From NCBI GenBank assembly GCA_037142195.1, contig JBAXBA010000020.1, positions 1-47,535 of the forward strand: a stretch of DNA of 47,535 bases, in the 5' to 3' direction. The DNA comes from Pseudomonadota bacterium (GTDB lineage Bacteria > Bdellovibrionota_B > Oligoflexia > Oligoflexales > CAIMVM01). This document shows positions 9,800 to 19,669 of the stretch, piece by piece; the first letter of the stretch is position 1; the number at the start of each line of letters is the position of its first letter. The position numbers and the translations under genes are program-made. Below the pieces are notes generated by a model, which saw only the letters and a list, made by a program, of their open reading frames with translations, was not told the DNA's origin and searched no databases.

Positions 9800-10924
9800 T
9801 TAGTTCTTCTGGTAGGTGTCCCCTTCGGCAATACTCAGAAGCTCTGCGGGATTAAGAATGTTGTTTCCAAGCTTTAAAAGCTTGTTGGAACCGAGGGTCA
9901 TAAGACTCCAAGAAGATTCTTCTCCCGTTCGCTTAAATTGGATAAGAAAGCTATTGGCGCCTATCTTGGAGCGCAGAGCCGTAGGGATTTCGTCCTCACG
10001 ACTCAAAAGTATGGCGTCTTTAAACGGTAGGTCGGTTGGTATTTGCCGGCAACTTGTGGGCTCGCCACGGAAATAGCGGTAGGCAAGGTTTGAAGCTGCT
10101 GCTTTAAATTCTAGGTTTAAGCAGCTTCCATCCTGATTCCTAAAGGTCCAAATGCCAGGTAAGGCGTTTCGTAAGGTTTCGGGAGAAACACCTAGGTGCT
10201 TGGTGCCTTCTAGAGGTAGGGCGTCTTTTTTAAGAACCGCAGACACCATGGACTGCCCACCCCAACTGAAGTTGAATGTGGGAAGGACCTGGGTGGCGAA
10301 TGCACTTTGACCGACATTTCCGGTGACCGTGCAGTTCGTCAGAGCGGAGGTCGTGGAACCTAAATTCGAGGCCTCGACTTCAAACTCGACCAGTGAGGCT
10401 TGGGCTCTAGTCTTCGGTACAAATGTAGCAAACTCGTTACACTTAAGTCTTGCCTCTGTTGGCAGGCCATTTAACTCTGATAGAGAGACTAAGATTCTTG
10501 CTGGCGCTCTGCCTTTTCCCTCAATGAGCTTCCACATTTCTATGGACATGGGGTCTGGCTGCATTTTGATATGTCTGGATTCATAATAGAGGGGAAGTTG
10601 GCCAGACTTCTTGGCTGATAGAAACTTTAATTCTGGATCAGGTTTTCCAAAGATTAAGATTTTACAAAATCCATTTGCAAGCATCGGTCTCTGGGTTTGA
10701 ATCACCACGTTTTTATCAGAAATAGTGGCTTGATTTAAAACGGGCCCCATATCGTCTTCACAAAGGGCTGAAGGCTGCAAGTCATTGAAGGTGCTCATAT
10801 TCTTCGGTTGAAGAACAAAAGGCCTATGGGCCTCGCCGCTTCGCATAGGGGTTTTGCACGAAGCTGTGCTTAAGATAAGACTTAATGGAAATGCGAGGTG
10901 CTTAATTTGTATTTTCTCTTTCAT
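9800..10924 (-). CDS. Hypothetical lipoprotein
   Basis: Likely start MKEKIQIKHLAFPLSLILSTASC, overlapping the rnhA end; long uninterrupted ORF. Confidence 0.65.
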   Translation of the reverse strand: MKEKIQIKHLAFPLSLILSTASCKTPMRSGEAHRPFVLQPKNMSTFNDLQPSALCEDDMGPVLNQATISDKNVVIQTQRPMLANGFCKILIFGKPDPELKFLSAKKSGQLPLYYESRHIKMQPDPMSIEMWKLIEGKGRAPARILVSLSELNGLPTEARLKCNEFATFVPKTRAQASLVEFEVEASNLGSTTSALTNCTVTGNVGQSAFATQVLPTFNFSWGGQSMVSAVLKKDALPLEGTKHLGVSPETLRNALPGIWTFRNQDGSCLNLEFKAAASNLAYRYFRGEPTSCRQIPTDLPFKDAILLSREDEIPTALRSKIGANSFLIQFKRTGEESSWSLMTLGSNKLLKLGNNILNPAELLSIAEGDTYQKN

Positions 10925-11378
10925 AAACTTCATCTGCAGGTAAGTTTTGTTTTTTTGTTTCTGCGACAGCCAAAACATCGCAGCGGTCGTTTTCCGTATG
11001 ACCGCTATGCCCTTTGATCCACTGAAACTTAATTTTATGGTCCTTGGTATACCCTTTGATTTTAGCCCAAAGTTCCGCATTTTTCACCTTCGTTTTGTCA
11101 GATTTTATCCAACGGTTTGCCATCCAGCTGTCTATCCAGCGCTTTTCAAAGGCGTCAACAATTAATCTTGAATCTGTTACCACAGTAACGTTGGACGGAC
11201 GATTGAGCAATTGCAAACCTTCAATGATGGCCATCATTTCCATGCGGTTATTTGTGGTCAAACGAAAACCGCCAGAAATTTCACGCCGATGGACGCCCCA
11301 AACAAGAATGGCAGCCCAACCGCCGGGCCCAGGATTACCCGAGCAGGCCCCGTCTGTATAAAGAAGGACTTCACTCAT
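10902..11378 (-). CDS. rnhA: Ribonuclease HI
   Basis: YTDGACSGNPGPGGW, TTNNRME, TDS, WIKGHSGHTENDRCD. Confidence 0.97.
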   Translation of the reverse strand: MSEVLLYTDGACSGNPGPGGWAAILVWGVHRREISGGFRLTTNNRMEMMAIIEGLQLLNRPSNVTVVTDSRLIVDAFEKRWIDSWMANRWIKSDKTKVKNAELWAKIKGYTKDHKIKFQWIKGHSGHTENDRCDVLAVAETKKQNLPADEVYERENTN

Positions 11379-11776
11379 GTGCCAACCTCATATAACAATA
11401 GATTTTAGATGCCGAGCATCACATGGTAAGATGCGATTTGCAAGAAACAATCGCTGGTTTTTTCTCACCCAATTTTTTTAAGCTAGGCTCTTTAAGCAAG
11501 ACTCTTTGGGTTTTGAAATTTCTCCCCGAAACGCTTATTTTGCAAGATATAGCATGCACTCACGGCATGCCCCCCTAAACTTCATGGTTGGCTTTCCGTA
11601 GGGCAGAGACGAGCGCATTTAAAGCTAGCGCCTGGGAGCAACACTTTTTTTAAGGCTTGGTCTTTAAGTACGTGGCGAGAGCAAGTGACGTGCCGACTTT
11701 AAGTTAAAGACTTGGAAAGTCCTCAAGTGCGGGACGGTGGAAATTACATCTCATTTTTGTGAATCTCTGTCGGATG

Positions 11777-12988
11777 TTATTTTAATTCACTATAAGTCAC
11801 ATTTTCCGGTGCTTCCAAATAGATTTGGGCATTGGCTTGTTCGCTGGAAACCACATTGATGCGGCCATTGGCTTTAACTCGAACACCTTTTTTTGCGGAA
11901 AAATTCCGAATGACCAAAGTGGGAAAGGCAGACTCTGTCCAGGCAACTTTAGCTTTGGCACTTACAGCGCGAAAAACACGAACAAATTCCTCTTGATCGG
12001 TACTGGAAGGAAAGAGGGTGAAGTTTCTGGCGATGCCGTTAAGGTCCTCAACCCGAATCGCATAGATATCGGTTCGAATAGCTGGACTCTGATCAAATTT
12101 TACAAGATAACCTTCCACAACTCGCTCCTGGCCGTGGCATTGTCGCATGGAATCTACCACCTTCAAGGGTTGTTTGGCGCTATCATCTAACGTGAAGTGT
12201 TTGGTGGAGTGGGGCGAGGTTACTACTTTGACCGAAATTTTGATAATATCGCCTCGAATCAAGTCTTTGGTGTCTGAAGAAAGGCTGGTGGGTACCGCAA
12301 TGGGTATCAAAAGGTCTTTCCAGTCTAAGATGAGTGCCCGGCCTAACCCTTCGGAAGAAACATTGGCATGCACTTGTCCTAAAATTTCAAAAGATCCTCT
12401 CTCAATAAATGGGGAAGGGTCAAATTTGTATTCGTTTTTGAGAGCTGAGGGGTATTTTTCAAGGATCTCAAGGCGGTCTAATTTAAGATGGACTAGGGGG
12501 CTCCCGTTCTCGAGAATAGCGCCATGGAGGCTGACTTTATCATGGCGATTCAGGGCTTTAAGAGCTTCTTTCACTTCTGGGGTTCCAGCTATAAGTGAAA
12601 ACTGCTCCGACTTAAAGAAAGCCATTTCATCTTTAGGATCTTCAGATCTGTAAGTAAATGTATAACTGCTGTATGAGTTTGCTGCGCCATGGATCCAGCC
12701 CTTAAGCCCACCCTCACGAAGTTTTTCTGAGATGAGTTCCTTGGCAAATCGAAATGGCGGCGTCGGGTCATAGGGGCGGTTAGCAGAGCCTTCCTTTAAT
12801 TCACAGAATTTGGAATTCTCTAATAAAAATTCTTCTTTGGGTTCTCTAGCTTCATTCTTATGGGGTTCTTTCTTACTGCAAGCGCTAAGAATCAAAACGA
12901 TGCTAGCAATTAGAAAACGTGCCCTTGATCTCGTAAAAATAGCATTGCTATGGAGATGGAAGGGAAAGAAAGGAATCATTCGAGGCAT
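11777..12988 (-). CDS. Hypothetical lipoprotein, possibly tandem OB-fold domains
   Basis: RBS AGGAG before ATG 12988; lipobox LSAC; three beta-rich segments beginning LKGWIH / ILGQVH / VEGYLV. Confidence 0.7.
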   Translation of the reverse strand: MPRMIPFFPFHLHSNAIFTRSRARFLIASIVLILSACSKKEPHKNEAREPKEEFLLENSKFCELKEGSANRPYDPTPPFRFAKELISEKLREGGLKGWIHGAANSYSSYTFTYRSEDPKDEMAFFKSEQFSLIAGTPEVKEALKALNRHDKVSLHGAILENGSPLVHLKLDRLEILEKYPSALKNEYKFDPSPFIERGSFEILGQVHANVSSEGLGRALILDWKDLLIPIAVPTSLSSDTKDLIRGDIIKISVKVVTSPHSTKHFTLDDSAKQPLKVVDSMRQCHGQERVVEGYLVKFDQSPAIRTDIYAIRVEDLNGIARNFTLFPSSTDQEEFVRVFRAVSAKAKVAWTESAFPTLVIRNFSAKKGVRVKANGRINVVSSEQANAQIYLEAPENVTYSELK

Positions 12989-13389
12989 ATAAAGTCTCCT
13001 GATTTTAAGGACGCTAGAATCATAAGGGCTCCGAACTCTAGAGTTCAGCGTTTTTATACCGATGTCTCTGGGTTTGACTATCTGTATTTGATAGTGCGTG
13101 CGTATTTTGCCGAATCTTTCGAACGAGCCTGCCGTAGGAGAACAAAAGGCATCGGCCTTCTTGGAACCTGCAGAGATGAAGGTCCAGGTGATTTTGAGAA
13201 GTACCAGGGACCTAGGGATGGGATAGAGTATTTTTTCAGCATATAACTTAGGCAGGTCCTGAAAAAGGATGTTACCGAGGATAAAGCGAAAGCTACCTGT
13301 CATACGTGAAGAGACATGAGTGCCCAGGTTTGTTTGTAGACGGCATCTCTGAATAAAGAGGCGCCTTCGAGTGGAATCTTACAATTAAG

Positions 13390-13417
13390 TTGCACTCATG
13401 CCACAAATGAATATAAT
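13390..13417 (+). promoter_or_regulatory. Candidate sigma70 promoter for the OmpA-family gene
   Basis: TTGCAC-16 nt-TATAAT, ~30 nt upstream of the start codon. Confidence 0.45.
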
Positions 13418-13446
13418 TTTTCTTTCAAATTATTGGGGATTTAAAC

Positions 13447-14118
13447 ATGCGTAACGTGAGCTATTTGCCTTTTTTGTTATCATCGATTCTTGTGCTTAAC
13501 TTGAGCTGTGTCACGCAAGATGCTGCTACCGACGAAAAAGAAGTGTCATCTACAGCTATTGGTGCGGCAGCTGGTGCTGTTGTAGGCGTGATTGCTGGCA
13601 ATCAAGTGAAGGGCGACAAGGACGCCAAACGCAGAGCACAGGCCACGGGCGCGCTTTTGGGTGCTGCTATCGGTGGTGGAATTGGTAACTATATGGACCG
13701 TCAGGAAGAGAAGCTTCGCCAAAAGCTTCGTAGCAGCGGTGTAAGTGTAACTAGAAAAGGCGATGAGATTTTTTTAAATATGCCGGGCAATATTACTTTT
13801 GATCAGGGCAAGTCTACCATTAAGGATGATTTTCACGGTGTCTTAGGCAGCGTTGGCGATGTTTTAAAAGAGTTTGATAAGTCTGATGTAAAAGTTACAG
13901 GCCATACAGATAATCGCGGTAACGCCCAGGCCAATCAAGCACTGTCAGAAAATAGAGCTTCCGCTGTTAGCCTTTACCTTCAATCCAAAGGTGTGGCAAG
14001 CAAGCGTCTTTCAACGGCTGGATTTGGCTCAAGCCAGCCAGTGGGAGATAACAAGACTGAGGAGGGTCGATCACAGAATCGAAGAGTTGAGATTGTTTTA
14101 ACTCCTAAAGGAAAATAA
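13447..14118 (+). CDS. OmpA-family lipoprotein with glycine zipper (YiaD-like)
   Basis: Lipobox LSC, GAAAGAVVG / GALLGAAIGGGIG, GHTD, LSENRA, NRRVEI. Confidence 0.93.
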   Translation: MRNVSYLPFLLSSILVLNLSCVTQDAATDEKEVSSTAIGAAAGAVVGVIAGNQVKGDKDAKRRAQATGALLGAAIGGGIGNYMDRQEEKLRQKLRSSGVSVTRKGDEIFLNMPGNITFDQGKSTIKDDFHGVLGSVGDVLKEFDKSDVKVTGHTDNRGNAQANQALSENRASAVSLYLQSKGVASKRLSTAGFGSSQPVGDNKTEEGRSQNRRVEIVLTPKGK

Positions 14119-15143
14119 ATCCCACCCTAGGTTCGCAAACGATCTCATCAGAGTACTTTCAAGAAGACTATAAAATTCTGGAAACCGGAAAGTAGACAAA
14201 CAAATTTGAAACTGCCATGGGCATGAAGCAAGGCCCATGGCAGCTTTTCTTTTTTGCGTTTTTGCGTTTTTGCACAATGAGTCATTGCCGTCAGTTTGGG
14301 GGCGATTTTGTCGGAAGTCGAGAAAAGATTCACTGGCGGTAGGTTCATGGGAAAATCTAAGAACCGGTCAAAATCCGAGATTTTAACGAGTTCGCCTCCC
14401 ATCCTAAACCGTTCGACAGGATTTGCCTTGGCCTAAGCCGCTTATTCCAAGAAAGTGGCAGGAAAGGAGAGCTATCTATTTTCTGGATAGTGTGGGGCTG
14501 GGCTTTGAAGTGTCGCTTATTTCCGCAAAGCGGGAACATTTTGTCATCTGGAGAATCAATATGTCAGTATAGTTTTGTTTGGGGCAGAGAGCCTTAGGTT
14601 TATGCAAGCTGGTGAAATTAAGACCATATTTATTGGTAATAAGAATTCAGTGCTCAGGTGACATCCCCCTCTCATAGAATTCAAACCTAAAGCTAAGACT
14701 TCCTAATTATTGATGTCTTCTCACCGTAATCTAGGTTTGTAGGAAGGATCTGGGGGGGAATCTCCCAGATGAGGTTCTTTTTTTTGTCTTTATTTCCTGC
14801 GGATGGATGCCTGAAGTTTTTGGACTTCCCGAGAGGATTGGGCCGTTGGTCTATCCCTTGCATAGATAAGGGAAATCACCAGCCTGGTGATAAATAAGGC
14901 GGGTAGGGAAATGCACATAAAGATTGTTAAAGATAACTTTAGGCATGTAGGCGCACCATCTTCGAAGTGGGAAAAAAAGCCATCCCGCTGCTTTCCATGG
15001 ACTATGTCCTTGCTCCAGATGGGCTCTTCGACTTCTGGTTCAGACTGCAAAGGATCTTTTCTAAGTTTAAGAACCGTGAGATTTGAGTTTTTTCAACAGG
15101 TAATTTCTAACTTTATGACGACGGACCTGGCGCGAGGTCGATC

Positions 15144-16841
15144 ATGATCCATCAAAATGCGGAATTTAGGTCGCAGTTAACGTTTAGGCGCCCTTTAACT
15201 CGGCGTCCCACGAATTCATCAAGGTCCGAATTTCTCAAAAATCTAGGGAAATCGGTCCATGAACATCGAGAAGAAGTCTTTCTAAGCGATGATCACGTCC
15301 AAATATCGGGCTTTAGAGCAAGCAAGATCATGGAAAAAATTACAAAAACTTTGGAAAAAGTTTGTCCCGAGCAGACCTATGTGGTGGTCTCACTTCCGCA
15401 TTCTGCTGCCCAAGCTGCGACCGTACTCGCTGTTATCCTATCTAAGCGTATTCCCATTGTCATCCATCCAAGCGCCTTAAATCGAGTTTTGGCTGATCTC
15501 AGTGCTATCGGTACTATAAGAGAGCCGAGTGCGGTCATCACCGATAAAGATGGAATGGCCACTGACCTAAGTGCGACTAAAATCATCGTGAATTCAGAAG
15601 CTGAGGTGCTAAACGATTTTTCACACCACCTCTATTCCAAAAATTCTGTTTCCCATGGGGCTGAGGAATCTGCTCCTGCGCTTGTAATCTATACATCAGG
15701 GTCGTCGGGTACGCCCAAAGGTGTAGCTATATCTTTTCCTTCTATTTCTTACATTGCCTCTACACTTAAAGAAACTTTAAGTTTAAGTCACGAGACGATC
15801 GCCGCAATTTCCATGCCTCTTTTTCACACTTTGGCATTAAATACACAGTTTATACCGACCATTATGGCAGGTGGAAAGTGTGTGTTTACTCCTGCCGAGT
15901 TGCAGCTTAATTCTCTCTATAGAAACTATTTAAAAACTAAAGGGAACTACTTGGCATTGATTCCGGAAGTTTTACTTCAATGCTACCAGGAGTTTAGAAC
16001 TAAAGAACTTGAGCCCCATCCGTTTGTGAAGACGGTTGTGATGGCAGGGTCAAACATTTCCCGAGAACATTTAAGAATTGCAGAGTTGATATTTCCCAAA
16101 GCTGAAATTTTCAAGGGTTATGGGCTGACTGAGGCCATTCGCGTTTCTATGATCTCTAATCGAGATCCCGAATTCTACAGTGACGTTGCAGGACGTCCTC
16201 TTTCCGAACAGTCCCTTTCCATTCGCTCAAAAAGCGGTGACCAAGTTCCCAAGGGAGCTGTCGGCGAAATCTTTGTCAAAGGTCCTAACACTACAAATTT
16301 CTATTTGAACCCTAGTACGCCCATGCTGGGACCAGATGGCTATCTGGCTACGGGAGATCAGGGATATATAAATCCTAAAGGATTGCTTGTGGTTTCAGGA
16401 CGCTCAGACCGGGTTTTTAAAAGCCAAGGTCGAAAAATAGCTCCTTTAGAAGTGGAAAAAGTAGCCATGGCTGATGCCTTAATCGGGCAGGCGGTTTGTG
16501 TCCCGCAAATTTGCCGTCATAAAGGGCTCCGGTCCGCTTTGTTTTTGAGGCTTCATTCTGAAATTAATGAAGGCGAAATGGCGCGACTCGCATCTGTGCT
16601 TCACGGAGCCGTCGCTCAGGGATTAGAGCCTTACAAGAGGCCCAAGGAAGTTTATTTGTCGGTGAGCCTACCAAAACTTGCTAATGGCAAGCCGGATGTC
16701 AAATCTTTAAAAAATGATTTGGATTCGGGGAAGTTCCTCCCCCAAAAAACCCTAAACTTTAAGGGAATCAGCTTCCATTGGTATGAGCTGAGCAGCAGAG
16801 ATTTGCCGCAGACAGAGAGCCATTTCGGGGAACGTGCTTAA
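15144..16841 (+). CDS. AMP-binding adenylate-forming enzyme (acyl-CoA/acyl-ACP ligase)
   Basis: YTSGSSGTPKGV, GYGLTE, ATGD, GRSD, PKLANGK; start uncertain. Confidence 0.9.
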   Translation: MIHQNAEFRSQLTFRRPLTRRPTNSSRSEFLKNLGKSVHEHREEVFLSDDHVQISGFRASKIMEKITKTLEKVCPEQTYVVVSLPHSAAQAATVLAVILSKRIPIVIHPSALNRVLADLSAIGTIREPSAVITDKDGMATDLSATKIIVNSEAEVLNDFSHHLYSKNSVSHGAEESAPALVIYTSGSSGTPKGVAISFPSISYIASTLKETLSLSHETIAAISMPLFHTLALNTQFIPTIMAGGKCVFTPAELQLNSLYRNYLKTKGNYLALIPEVLLQCYQEFRTKELEPHPFVKTVVMAGSNISREHLRIAELIFPKAEIFKGYGLTEAIRVSMISNRDPEFYSDVAGRPLSEQSLSIRSKSGDQVPKGAVGEIFVKGPNTTNFYLNPSTPMLGPDGYLATGDQGYINPKGLLVVSGRSDRVFKSQGRKIAPLEVEKVAMADALIGQAVCVPQICRHKGLRSALFLRLHSEINEGEMARLASVLHGAVAQGLEPYKRPKEVYLSVSLPKLANGKPDVKSLKNDLDSGKFLPQKTLNFKGISFHWYELSSRDLPQTESHFGERA

Positions 16842-16897
16842 GTGTTGGTGACTCATTTGAGAGACTTTAAGAGATAAACTTTAAGGGAGATTTCCTA

Positions 16898-17404
16898 ATG
16901 CGCTGGTACTTTATAGATAGAATTATGTCATGCCAACCTGGTGAAAAAATTCATGGAATAAAGTCGTTTACAAGATCTGAAATGTTCTTTATGGATCATT
17001 TTCATGGGCATCCCGTAGTCCCAGGGGTTTTGCAAATTGAGATGATCGCTACTACTGGCGGAAAATGTCTCAAAATCCATAATCCCCATACTCTTCCTAT
17101 GTTAGTTAAGGTTGAAAACGCTAAATTTCATCGTTCTGTGAAACCTGGTGATCAATGCCATATATATGTGGAAATAACTACGATTCGTGAAACCTATGCC
17201 AAAGCCTCTGGTCGAGTGGAAGTTGATGGTGTAAAAGTTTGTGAAGCTCAGATTATGTTCACCATTCAGCCTGCTACTATTGGCGATACTGCTTGGAAAG
17301 ATCCAGTTATTGCAGAGTGGCAAGCGATTCAAGACTCTGGCCCGACTGGTGCCAAAGGAATTCTTTCTCCGCAAACTCCCGTTCAAGGGGAAAGAAAGTC
17401 ATGA
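16898..17404 (+). CDS. FabZ-type beta-hydroxyacyl-ACP dehydratase
   Basis: FIDRI, FFMDHFHGHPVVPGVLQIE (His/Glu dyad), VKPGD. Confidence 0.9.
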   Translation: MRWYFIDRIMSCQPGEKIHGIKSFTRSEMFFMDHFHGHPVVPGVLQIEMIATTGGKCLKIHNPHTLPMLVKVENAKFHRSVKPGDQCHIYVEITTIRETYAKASGRVEVDGVKVCEAQIMFTIQPATIGDTAWKDPVIAEWQAIQDSGPTGAKGILSPQTPVQGERKS

Positions 17405-18156
17405 AAACTTCCTTAAGACTGCCCGATAGGAACGTGTCTTTGCCAAAAAATGATTCCTTTGAAACAGAAGCTGGAACCCATGTGTTGAGCAACGTAAGGA
17501 TGTTTCCAGGACAAGAAAAAGAGCTTGTAGTGTTGAGCGATCCGCGAGCGTATCGCTCCATGAGTCGCGCCTCTCTTTTAGTGTCGGGCGTGGGTTTAGA
17601 TCTTGCAGATGCGATCAAACCCTTGATCGCCGCAGATCCTTTTTCGGTAGGGATCTACTGCGCCATTAACAATGGTCCTGAAGAGTATACTTCGGCGAGT
17701 GAGCTTAGAAACGGCAATCCGGATGACTTTGCCGTTCAATATAAACGCATGAGAAACCCCAAGCACTATCTCAAGCAGCTTCCTAATCTAGCTCCCGCTC
17801 AGCTTGGAATATTTCTGGGAGCTTTTGGTCCCACCAACACCTACAGCCATTCGCGGTTTGGGGTTCGTCATGCCCTGAAGCATGCGATGCAAGATCTGCG
17901 ATCTGGCAAGGTCAAGGGGGCGCTCGTGTGTTCTGCTTTCGCCCATGAAGACATTCTTTTAAGTTTCAGGTCTCGCATGGGGCTAGACTCTTCCAGAGTG
18001 CTCTCGGAGGGTGCTGCCGCCTTATTTATGGAGACAACTGATCTGGATCGGGAATTCAATGTCATTCCCAAAGACGACCAGACCTCATTCACAAGCGATT
18101 TTTTCGGAATAGCCGATGATCTCATAAAACTCATTCAGCAAGGAGAATTCAAATGA
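17401..18156 (+). CDS. Truncated ketosynthase N-terminal-like protein lacking the catalytic Cys (chain-length-factor-like)
   Basis: RSMSRASLL, YLKQLPNLAPAQLGI..GAFGP..T, LSEGAAAL; the xACAS position reads SRFG; ATGA overlap with fabZ. Confidence 0.75.
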   Translation: MKTSLRLPDRNVSLPKNDSFETEAGTHVLSNVRMFPGQEKELVVLSDPRAYRSMSRASLLVSGVGLDLADAIKPLIAADPFSVGIYCAINNGPEEYTSASELRNGNPDDFAVQYKRMRNPKHYLKQLPNLAPAQLGIFLGAFGPTNTYSHSRFGVRHALKHAMQDLRSGKVKGALVCSAFAHEDILLSFRSRMGLDSSRVLSEGAAALFMETTDLDREFNVIPKDDQTSFTSDFFGIADDLIKLIQQGEFK

Positions 18157-18407
18157 AGAGTCAAACAGAAATTTTAGCAGCAGTTCAAAAGTCAATCGCT
18201 ACCGTTCTTAACCGAGATGTCTCTGAAATTGGTGTCGATGCTAATCTGGTTGACGATTTAGGTGCAGAGTCTATTGATTTTTTAGATATCAGTAGCGAAC
18301 TAGAAAAAATGATAAATGTGGAAATTAACTTTAATGACATTGCTGGTGGAAAATCTTCAAATCTAACTGTAATGAGAATCGTCGATCACATAGCAGCACT
18401 TTCCTAA
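18153..18407 (+). CDS. Acyl carrier protein
   Basis: 84 aa acidic, LVDDLGAESIDFLDI phosphopantetheine site (ES rather than DS). Confidence 0.9.
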   Translation: MKSQTEILAAVQKSIATVLNRDVSEIGVDANLVDDLGAESIDFLDISSELEKMINVEINFNDIAGGKSSNLTVMRIVDHIAALS

Positions 18408-18433
18408 GCTGAGATGTAAAAGGGGAGCCATAA

Positions 18434-19669
18434 ATGAGCGCAGATCGTTCCGAACATGACATCGTGGTTACAGGGATGGGAATCGTATCTCCCCTTGGTA
18501 TGACCGTTAAGTCCTTTTCAGATGCGATGTTTCAAGGTGTGTCAGGAATTCATTCGATTCGAGGAACTCTCGTTTCCGAAACGTTTCCCATTCCTTATGC
18601 GGGCTATTTGGATCGGAGTAAGATCCATGCTAGCACCGAGTTTGCTGGCCCGATGTCAGATTCTTCTAGGATGGCTCTGATGGCAACTAGGGAAGCGGCT
18701 AGGGATTTAGATGAATCTCTTCCTGTCGATGCGCTCGTTTATGGATCCGCCGAAGGGATCGCCTTCGACTTTGTGCAGAAATCGCTATCTTCTGGTGTTT
18801 CCGAAGAGATGCTGAGCCAGTCTTTGGCTGAAGCTCCCTTAATAGCCATGCAAAAGTGGCTTTGGGACGCAAAAAAAATCACTATAGCAGACGACCAACT
18901 TATCTGCATTAACAGTGCTTGTGCGAGTGGCAATCAGGCGATTGGTGATGCGATGCAGAGGATTCGGTCCGGGGAATGGACCAGAGCCATAGTGGGTGGA
19001 GTCGATTCTCGCTGCACTCCGTCAAATCTCATGAATTTTCATATGCTGGGTGCGCTTTGTAGCGAAGGAGTCTCTCCTGAAAAAGCCAGCCGACCGTTTT
19101 CTAAAGATCGTGCAGGCTTTGTCCGCAGCGAAGGAGCTGCCACCTTAGTTTTAGAAACACGTGCCGCCGCCCATGCGCGCGGAGCCAAAATATACGGCGT
19201 GATTTCCGGTTATTCCATGACCAGTGACGCCTATCGACTGACCGATGGCAGAGATGATGTGCTTTGCGTAAAGCAGGCGATGAGAGATGCTATCACGGAT
19301 GCTGGTCTCATTCCTTCGGATATCGACGGAATTTCAGCTCATGGTACGTCTACCCCCTTGAATGACAAATTGGAGACACGGGCTATAAAAGCAGTCTTTC
19401 CTGATGAAGGGCGCTCGATTCCCATTACTTCCTTAAAGTCTCAAATGGGTCATTCCACTGTAGCGGCTGGAGCGATCGAAGCTGTAGCTTGTCTCTTGAT
19501 GTTGGAAGCGCAAATCTTAGCTCCCACCATAAATTTCACGCCAGGCGATGGGGAATGTGATCTGGACTATGTGCCGGACCATGCTCGTCCCCACAGTATG
19601 AAACATATGCTTTCTAATAATTTCGGATTCGGAGGACAAAATACATGTCTAGTCATCAGTCACCGCTAG
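18434..19669 (+). CDS. Beta-ketoacyl-ACP synthase II (FabF-like)
   Basis: VVTGMGIVSPLG, NSACASG, HGTST, KSQMGH, SNNFGFGGQN (complete Cys-His-His triad). Confidence 0.95.
   Translation: MSADRSEHDIVVTGMGIVSPLGMTVKSFSDAMFQGVSGIHSIRGTLVSETFPIPYAGYLDRSKIHASTEFAGPMSDSSRMALMATREAARDLDESLPVDALVYGSAEGIAFDFVQKSLSSGVSEEMLSQSLAEAPLIAMQKWLWDAKKITIADDQLICINSACASGNQAIGDAMQRIRSGEWTRAIVGGVDSRCTPSNLMNFHMLGALCSEGVSPEKASRPFSKDRAGFVRSEGAATLVLETRAAAHARGAKIYGVISGYSMTSDAYRLTDGRDDVLCVKQAMRDAITDAGLIPSDIDGISAHGTSTPLNDKLETRAIKAVFPDEGRSIPITSLKSQMGHSTVAAGAIEAVACLLMLEAQILAPTINFTPGDGECDLDYVPDHARPHSMKHMLSNNFGFGGQNTCLVISHR

Noticed and set aside
10925..11080. Long overlap of the 426-aa ORF with rnhA
   Set aside because: A downstream Met with a signal peptide (10924) gives a normal short overlap.
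12989..13303. 105-codon N-terminal extension of the 508-aa ORF
   Set aside because: A strong RBS and lipoprotein signal point to a start at 12988; the extension looks like non-coding sequence.
14148..15147. Small ORFs of 60-86 aa on both strands
   Set aside because: No motifs or convincing RBS, and they overlap each other; treated as spurious.
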